Positions 1-5,495 of a DNA stretch of 5,495 nt are shown here, in pieces. The notes below the pieces were generated by a model that was given only the letters and a program-made list of their open reading frames with translations, was not told the origin of the DNA and made no database searches. Positions within the stretch are counted from its first letter, which is position 1; every line of letters starts with the position of its first letter. Location of the stretch: NCBI GenBank assembly GCA_951406725.2, contig CATOCA020000102.1:1-5495 (forward strand), read 5' to 3'. Position numbers and translations under genes: made by a program. This DNA is from Octopus vulgaris (lineage: Eukaryota).

Positions 1-10
1 ATATGTATAT

Positions 11-31
11 CATCATCATCATCATCATCAT
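11..31. repeat. (CAT)7 trinucleotide repeat
   Basis: Seven consecutive CAT units; reads (ATG)n on the minus strand, probably the tail of the adjacent retroposon fragment. Confidence 0.95.
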
Positions 32-113
32 TTAGCGTCCGTTCTCCATGCTAGCATCGGTTGGACGGTTCAACTGGGGTCTGTGAAGCTGGAAGGCTTC
101 ATCAGGCCCAGTC
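11..113 (-). mobile_element. 5'-truncated retroposon 3' tail (RTE-like LINE or SINE) ending in (ATG)n
   Basis: A ~80-bp unique GC-balanced island between TA tracts. The minus strand reads ...CGTCCAACCGATGCTAGCATGGAGAACGGACGCTAAATGATGATG, with inverted repeat CGTCC(36-40)/GGACG(63-67) and a trinucleotide tail. Family assignment is from recalled resemblance only. Confidence 0.6.
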
Positions 114-122
114 GTATATATG

Positions 123-168
<46 letters not shown>

Positions 169-241
169 TATATATGTATATATATATATGTATATATATA
201 TATATGTATATATATATATGTATATATGTATATATATATAT
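114..241. repeat. (TA)n microsatellite with TG interruptions
   Basis: About 128 bp of TATA/TGTA alternation directly visible. Confidence 0.98.
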
Positions 242-243
242 GA

Positions 244-268
244 TTAAATCCTTAAATCCTTAAAAATC
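244..268 (-). repeat. LINE 3' terminal 8-bp tandem repeat (GGATTTAA)x2 plus a degenerate unit
   Basis: Plus strand TTAAATCC (244-251), TTAAATCC (252-259), TTAAAAATC (260-268). Short tandem-repeat tails instead of poly(A) are typical of CR1/L2 elements. Confidence 0.8.
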
Positions 269-272
269 TTTT

Positions 273-308
273 AGCCCAAAGGCTGCGGCCATGCTGGGGC
301 ACCACCGC
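273..308 (-). promoter_or_regulatory. 3' UTR tandem stem-loops, candidate RT recognition signal
   Basis: The minus-strand RNA folds as GCGGU-G-GUGC-[CCCA]-GCAU-G-GCCGC (285-308) followed directly by AGCC-[UUUG]-GGCU (273-284), just before the repeat tail. Folded by eye only. Confidence 0.6.
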
Positions 309-321
309 TGAATGAGCCACA

Positions 322-3300
322 CTAGTTTGTGAATCCACCTCTGATACGTGGCACTTGATCAACAAGGGAGTTCGATGCTGCTGCCCGCATCCGTGTCTCC
401 TGTCGTGAGGTAGGTTCATCTGGGACTCCCAACAAGAAGAGATCCAGTTTAGTTTTAAAGAAACCCACATCCACACCATGTAAGTCTCTCAGGCATTTAG
501 GGAGGATGTTGAAAAGCTGTGGTCCTCTGAAACCCAAGCTGTTGCAGTATCTGGACCTGTATTTTGATGGTGATGTTGGAATCCTTGGCACCACGCAGCG
601 GCGCCCCGTTCTGCGGTTGGAGTAACTTTGAATGCCAAAGTTTGGGACAAGACCCTCCAGGATTTTCCAGATGTATATTACTGCATATCTCTCCCGCCTC
701 CGCTCCAGGGAGAAGAGGTTTAATACCTTCAGTCTTTCCCAGTAGCTGACATTTTGCATTGAGACGATTTTCTTTGTGTAGCTTCTCTGAGTTGCTTCGA
801 GTTCTGCTGTTTGTTTTATATTGTGTGGTGACCAAAGTTGGGAGCAGTAGTCCAAGCGGCTGAGGACAAATGTTTTCCATAGGACCATCAGTGTCTCCTT
901 CTCTCTTGTTCTGAAAGTTCGGAGAATCCATCCAGCTAGCCGTCTGCATTTTATCACCAGATTAGCAATATGCATTTGGAAAGATGCATCATTGCTCATG
1001 TCAATGCCCAGGTCACGCACTGATTTTGACTCAGGGATTGCAATTCTTCCTGGGCCAGTGTATCCAGTCTTCACGTCATTTACCTTTGTGTGCCAGTAGC
1101 GCAGGGCCTGGAACTTACCTGCATTAAACTGCATGTTGTTGTCCTCAGCCCACCTGTATATTGTGTCCAGCTCATGTTGCAGATGCGCAATATTTTCAGG
1201 GTTCTGTATTGCGTGGGAGACCTTTGTGTCATCTGCATAGCTAGCAAGGGTGGTCATCGTAGCAACTGAAGGCATGTCTGAAAGGGCCACTATGAACATC
1301 AGTGGCCCCAAGACAGTGCCCTGTGGGACACCGCTTGTTATTTGCGTTTCCCTGGAGGTGGCTCCATTGCTCACAACTGCCTGTTTTCTGTCTTTTAGGA
1401 AGTTGTGCAGCCACTCTCCAAGTTTCCCGCCTATGCCGAGACCACGCAGTTTGTGACAGATCATACTATGGTCGACTTTATCAAAGGCTTTTGCAAAGTC
1501 AAGATATATTACATCCACATTTGAGCCATTTAGTAGCTGTTTCAACACCCAGTCATAGTGTTGCAGGAGCTGTGTTAGGCAGCCTCTACCTGGTCGAAAT
1601 CCATGCTGGGTGTCAGACAGCAAGTCATTTTCTTCAAGGAACATGATTAGTTTCTTACGGACTATTCGTTCCATGACTTTGCTGATGTGTGAGGTCAGAG
1701 AGATAGGCCTATAATTTTTAGCATCTGCTCTGCTACCTCCCTTATGGATAGGGCATATTACCCCCTCTTTCAGTTTGACTGGGAGCTTACCACTTGCAAG
1801 AAAGCTCTGAAAAAGAAGCTGTAGCGGTTTTGCAAGGGCTCGTTTGCACGATTTGAGAAGGATCGCTGGGAATCCATCAGGTCCAGCAGCTGAGTTTGTG
1901 TCAATCTCATCAATGGCTAGTGTGATATCATCTTCTTCGATGTTGATGTACTCAATTTTTGTCTCTTTGGCCGCTGGTAAAGTGGCAAAGAATTCTTCTG
2001 GGTTGTTTACTTGCCTGTGTCCTAGAGGTGTAGTGAATACACTTTGGAACTGTTCGTTCAGTATTTCACTTATCCTCGTGGGATTTCCTGTGAGAGAGCC
2101 ATCTTTTTGGAAGAGAGGTCCTATTCTCTGGTGCACTGTGGCTGTCTCTTTGGCAAACTTAAAGAAAGCTTTAGGGTTTGATTTTATATTTTCTATTACC
2201 CAAGCTTCTTTATCTGCTCTCTCCTTTTCATGGGACTGATGTAGACTTTTCTCAGTTTCCATTAGCATTCTTTCGAGCCGAGACTTCTCACCACTTTTGG
2301 TGTGCTTGCTGAGGCGGTTTGCAATCCTTGTCCGTCGTCTCATAAGAATCCTCCTTTCTCTAGGGATCCTGTTTTTATTCTTGTGTGTGCTGGCCCTGCA
2401 CATTGGGACATATTTGTCACATATGGCTTGTATTATGGACATGAAGTGTTTGTGTTTCATGTTTATGTCCGGTGTGGAGAGACATTCAGGCCAATCCTGT
2501 TTGAGGATCTCTTTCTCAATCGACTTCCAGTTGGCTTTATGAAAGTTTAAGTTGGAGAGATGGTGGGTGCTTCGTATAGGCTGTGTGTCTGCGGGGGCTT
2601 TTGTTCCATACGTAGACAGCTCTATTATGTTGTGATCCGAGATCATTGTCGGCATCACATTAACATTATGGATAATATCCATATTGTTTGTAAAGCAGAG
2701 ATCCAGTATATTATCTGCCCTTGTTGGTTGCAGAACTATTTGCTCCATGAAAGAGGTATTTGTGAGATGGAGCAGGGACTCCACCTGTGCCTGCTGATGG
2801 TGTGTCATCCCTGGGAGCATCTGCCCCCCAGGCCATTCCACATTGGGGAGGTTAAAGTCACCCATGAAGAATACACTGTTGTGCTGTTCAAGGTTGGTGA
2901 GGACTTCTCCTATTTTTGTTAGGCAGTCTTCAAACATGCCTGAGTGTTTTGGGGCGTCTGGTGGGCGATATGTAGTGCATATGACGATATTCAGTTGTCT
3001 TATGTGTACAATTTGAGTTTCACATACTGAGTTTGAATATGACAGCAGGACCTGGGGCGTGAGGTCATCTCGGATGTACATTGCAACTCCACCATGGCTC
3101 CTCCCTTTTCTATCTGTGCGTATGACTGCATATTGCGGCATGTGTATTTCTGCATCACCTATATCGGGTTCAAGATGCGTTTCTGTGAGTGCCATGCATA
3201 TAGCTTGATTGCATGTCACAAGGTCTCTCAGGAATGAAATTTTCTTTTTACAGTTTCCGCGCAGCAGCCCTCCTACATTCAGTAGAAATATTTTTGTGGT

Positions 3301-3333
3301 GTGTGTGTTGGTGTTGGTGTCTGTGGTGGCCAT
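322..3333 (-). CDS. ORF2 pol-like protein: APE endonuclease + reverse transcriptase (1003 aa from first ATG; frame open up to 3456)
   Basis: APE motifs in order: LLNVGGL, LTETHL, YRPP, MGDFN, ILDL, SDH (2632-2640). RT motifs: GPDG, YRPISLTS, QHGFRPGR, YLDFAKAFDKVDH, GVPQGTVLGP, YADD (1228-1239), RDLG. CR1-group-like C-terminal motifs LERRRER and FKTKLD. The ORF-track start at 3426 is GTG; the first in-frame ATG is at 3333, just before the APE domain. Confidence 0.96.
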   Translation of the reverse strand: MATTDTNTNTHTTKIFLLNVGGLLRGNCKKKISFLRDLVTCNQAICMALTETHLEPDIGDAEIHMPQYAVIRTDRKGRSHGGVAMYIRDDLTPQVLLSYSNSVCETQIVHIRQLNIVICTTYRPPDAPKHSGMFEDCLTKIGEVLTNLEQHNSVFFMGDFNLPNVEWPGGQMLPGMTHHQQAQVESLLHLTNTSFMEQIVLQPTRADNILDLCFTNNMDIIHNVNVMPTMISDHNIIELSTYGTKAPADTQPIRSTHHLSNLNFHKANWKSIEKEILKQDWPECLSTPDINMKHKHFMSIIQAICDKYVPMCRASTHKNKNRIPRERRILMRRRTRIANRLSKHTKSGEKSRLERMLMETEKSLHQSHEKERADKEAWVIENIKSNPKAFFKFAKETATVHQRIGPLFQKDGSLTGNPTRISEILNEQFQSVFTTPLGHRQVNNPEEFFATLPAAKETKIEYINIEEDDITLAIDEIDTNSAAGPDGFPAILLKSCKRALAKPLQLLFQSFLASGKLPVKLKEGVICPIHKGGSRADAKNYRPISLTSHISKVMERIVRKKLIMFLEENDLLSDTQHGFRPGRGCLTQLLQHYDWVLKQLLNGSNVDVIYLDFAKAFDKVDHSMICHKLRGLGIGGKLGEWLHNFLKDRKQAVVSNGATSRETQITSGVPQGTVLGPLMFIVALSDMPSVATMTTLASYADDTKVSHAIQNPENIAHLQHELDTIYRWAEDNNMQFNAGKFQALRYWHTKVNDVKTGYTGPGRIAIPESKSVRDLGIDMSNDASFQMHIANLVIKCRRLAGWILRTFRTREKETLMVLWKTFVLSRLDYCSQLWSPHNIKQTAELEATQRSYTKKIVSMQNVSYWERLKVLNLFSLERRRERYAVIYIWKILEGLVPNFGIQSYSNRRTGRRCVVPRIPTSPSKYRSRYCNSLGFRGPQLFNILPKCLRDLHGVDVGFFKTKLDLFLLGVPDEPTSRQETRMRAAASNSLVDQVPRIRGGFTN

Positions 3334-3394
3334 CCTGCATCTGTTGGAGGTGGCCTTATGTGGTGGTAGTTCCAGCTTTGTGCTTGTAGCCAGG

Positions 3395-4174
3395 TCAGCT
3401 GCTGAACAATTTTTTGTGCCATGCACAAAAAGACTGCTGTTCAGCTGCCGCCCTTCTCACATCTGGGTGAAGCTGGCCACCTGTTGGGTTTCCGCGCACC
3501 ACATCTGCATACCGTCTTTCAGTAGTGGTCAGTGCGCTTTTTTCCCTTCTTTTAACTTTTTGTTTTTGTTCTCCCTGAGGGAGGGACCTCTGTCTCGCGT
3601 CCGTGCGGTTTTGGTAGGGCCTCCGATGTGCAAAGCGACAGTTTGCACCTTCAACGCCGTACCAGCAGTCCCCCCTCAGGTAGAATTTGCAGGTGTTTCT
3701 TTCCCTGCCCTTACAGTTTTTGCTGGGGTCCCTCTGCTTTCTCTGGACAGGGCTTCCTTTAGCCTTGATTCTGTCACCCTTTACCTCCTGCTTCCCATCA
3801 ATTCCAGGGTGCCTTTCCTTTCTTGCGGCCATCGCACCTCTTTGGTCTTCAGTTGTGGTGTTGGAAGCTGGACATGTGTCATCGTTTCCCTGTGTTCCAG
3901 GCTTCTCCATTTGGCTCTGGATGCTTTCCTCATCCTTTTGGCCCTCCCTGCTGCCGTCACCTCCCAGGATGATGTCCAGGGTGTCCACATGTTGCCTGAT
4001 TAGAGCGTACGAACGGATAACTTCTCTCTTCTTTCGCTCTATCTGGGCGGTGGTTCTCGAAAAATTGTTGCTTTTCAGCGCCGCAGCAATAATTTCGTTC
4101 GGCGAGTCGTCCTCAGCGATCTTCCAAGCGCGGACGAACAATTGCACCTCTCTCGCAGACCAGTTTCTTGCCAT
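3395..4174 (-). CDS. ORF1 nucleic-acid-binding protein (259 aa as read): Myb/SANT-like N-terminus, disordered charged linker, CCCH zinc finger
   Basis: ATG in strong context (AAAATGG) with an in-frame TAG two codons upstream; sits directly 5' of ORF2 on the same strand. Contains CKFYLRGDCWYGVEGANCRFAH (C-x7-C-x8-C-x3-H, 3626-3691). N-terminal WSAREVQLFVRAW...IAAAL...FSRTTAQIERK...Y pattern. The true C-terminus may differ (see findings). Confidence 0.85.
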   Translation of the reverse strand: MARNWSAREVQLFVRAWKIAEDDSPNEIIAAALKSNNFSRTTAQIERKKREVIRSYALIRQHVDTLDIILGGDGSREGQKDEESIQSQMEKPGTQGNDDTCPASNTTTEDQRGAMAARKERHPGIDGKQEVKGDRIKAKGSPVQRKQRDPSKNCKGRERNTCKFYLRGDCWYGVEGANCRFAHRRPYQNRTDARQRSLPQGEQKQKVKRREKSALTTTERRYADVVRGNPTGGQLHPDVRRAAAEQQSFCAWHKKLFSS

Positions 4175-4195
4175 TTTCTTCTAGTGAAATATAGG

Positions 4196-5060
4196 AACAG
4201 AGAGAGAGATAGAGAAGGAGAGATATGGAGAGGGAGAAGAGAAAGGAGAAAAGCCAGGGGGGGATAGAGAGAGAGACGAGGGGATTTTCCTGAGAGAAAG
4301 AGAGAAAGAGAGAAAATAAGAGGGAAAAAAGAGAAAGGTGAGAGAATGGCAGGTCAGCAGGGGGAGAGTGAGCGGGATAGAGGTGTAGTAGAAAGGGACA
4401 GGGTGGAAAAGTGAGACAAGAGGGTGGACCCTAGGGGGGCAGGGAGAAGAAAGGCGGAGAGATAAAATGGAGAGGAAGAGAGAGATGAAATGGAGAGGGA
4501 GAGAGAGAGAGGGCAGGATAGAGGTACCAGGGAGTGAAGTAAAGGGACAGAGAGGGTGGTGTGGAGGAAGGAGACAGAGAGAGGAAAAAAGAGACAGGGG
4601 GGTGGTGAGCCTTAGAGGGAACAGGGAGAGGAAAGGTAGGAAGGAAAAAGGGGGGAAGAGGAAGAGAGGGGGCGCAACAGAGTGTAGTAATGGGACAGGG
4701 AGGGTGGTGTAGAGAAAGAAATAAGGGGACAGAAGGGGAAGAGAAAAAGGGGTTTGACCTGTGAAGGAGCGGAGAGGAAAGAGGCAGAGAGAGGGAGGGG
4801 GAGTAACAGAGAGAGAGAGAGAGAGAGAAAGAGGGCGGTATATAGATACAAGAGAGAATGAGTGAAGTTGAGGAACTGAGAGAGGGGGTGAGGTGAGAGA
4901 AAGTTGATCTGAGAGAGATGCAGAAAGAGAAACGATTGCAGAGGGAGAGAGAGGGAGGAGGGGAGAGTGAGAGCGGAAATAGAGGGTCTGGTGGATGGGG
5001 AGACAGATAAGGTATAAACAGTATGAGAGAGATAGAAATAGAAATGTAAGAAAGAGAGGG
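4196..5060. repeat. Low-complexity polypurine (GA-rich) / polypyrimidine tract including (GA)n runs
   Basis: The plus strand is overwhelmingly G and A across ~860 bp, with a pure (AG)n run near 4808-4828. Confidence 0.92.
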
Positions 5061-5319
5061 AGAGATTATAAAGATAGAATAGCGCGTATTTTTATATCTT
5101 TTTAATTATTATTTTCTGTTTGAAAGAACACTAATGATAACAAATAATAAAAATGTATGAGAGAGATAGAAATAGAAATGTAAAAAAGAGAAAGAGAGAG
5201 TGCGTGGCAGGCACGAAATTATAAAGATTATAAAGATAGAATACCGCGTATTTTTATATTTTTATATCTTTTTTGTTTTTTTAATTATTTTCTGTTTGAA
5301 AGAACACTAATGATAACAA
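5021..5319. repeat. Diverged two-copy tandem duplication (5021-5143 and 5155-5319)
   Basis: Both copies begin GTATGAGAGAGATAGAAATAGAAATGTAA, contain ATTATAAAGATAGAATA(G/C)CGCGTATTTTTATAT and end ATTTTCTGTTTGAAAGAACACTAATGATAACAA. Copy 2 carries extra inserted bases. Confidence 0.92.
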
Positions 5320-5495
5320 GATAAATAATATCTTACCTTACCGGCTGACAGAGAGTACTTACGTGATTCCTTTTTATAAGAAAGGAAGATAGATAGACAA
5401 GACAGACCTTTTATATTCCTCCCCAAGCGCACTTTGTAAATAAAAGGGGTTTGAGTTTCGATTTAGCACATGCAACAGTTTCACGATACTTTCTA

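Larger units (their letters stand above)
244..4180 (-). mobile_element. Non-LTR retrotransposon (LINE), APE-RT type, CR1/L2 group; coding region apparently complete
   Basis: Two tandem minus-strand ORFs (ORF1, then APE+RT ORF2), a ~80-nt 3' UTR and a short tandem-repeat tail at 244-268. No LTRs, integrase, RNase H or C-terminal CCHC knuckle are visible. The 3' boundary is well supported. The 5' boundary is uncertain and may extend through the GA-rich tract beyond 4180. Confidence 0.93.

Noticed and set aside
61-243. 60-aa plus-strand ORF (YIYIY...)
   Set aside because: Translation of the TA microsatellite with a TTG start; an artefact.
225-243. Target-site duplication flanking the LINE
   Set aside because: The 3' flank is simple TA repeat, no convincing matching copy is visible on the 5' side, and the 5' boundary is undefined.
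497-2922. Several short ORFs overlapping ORF2 in other frames or antisense
   Set aside because: Shadow frames of a well-supported coding sequence, with no domain evidence.
322-3426. Prokaryotic RT system (retron, group II intron, DGR, CRISPR-RT)
   Set aside because: The RT is fused to an APE endonuclease with LINE-type motifs and lies among eukaryotic microsatellites; no cas genes, repeat-spacer array or bacterial operon features are present.
3334-3426. ORF2 start at 3426 as given by the ORF track
   Set aside because: That codon is GTG, an unlikely initiator in a eukaryote. The first ATG is at 3333; the upstream open segment matters only if frameshifting occurs.
3209-4003. 264-aa antisense ORF, with overlapping 3687-4184 ORF
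   Set aside because: Non-ATG starts, no recognisable motifs, and a hydrophobic F/L/S/V bias that simply mirrors the K/R/E/Q-rich ORF1 on the other strand.
4467-4851. 81-aa (+) and 79-aa (-) ORFs in the GA tract
   Set aside because: Low-complexity R/E/G or L/S/P translations expected from stop-poor purine/pyrimidine sequence.
5366-5495. Possible Helitron/MITE terminus at the window end
   Set aside because: No clear terminal inverted repeat or hairpin-plus-CTRR end can be established from the visible sequence.

Overview
This is eukaryotic, repeat-rich DNA, not a prokaryotic locus. It is dominated by an apparently complete non-LTR retrotransposon (LINE) on the minus strand, about 244-4180. ORF2 is uninterrupted and encodes an apurinic-like endonuclease plus reverse transcriptase of the CR1/L2 group. 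ORF1 has an unusual architecture: an N-terminal Myb/SANT(trihelix)-like segment and a single CCCH zinc finger. The 3' UTR is short, with two hairpins and an 8-bp tandem-repeat tail that abuts a (TA)n microsatellite. A second short retroposon 3' tail ending in (ATG)n lies at 11-113. Upstream of ORF1 are a ~860-bp GA/TC low-complexity tract, a diverged tandem duplication and three clustered splice-donor-like motifs. The most interesting signals are the ORF1 domain combination, the ORF1/ORF2 junction (hairpin, T-run and a hidden third-frame ORF consistent with a -1 frameshift site missing one T), and a possible intron in front of ORF1. The repeat tails resemble octopus repeats as I recall them, but the host is unverified.
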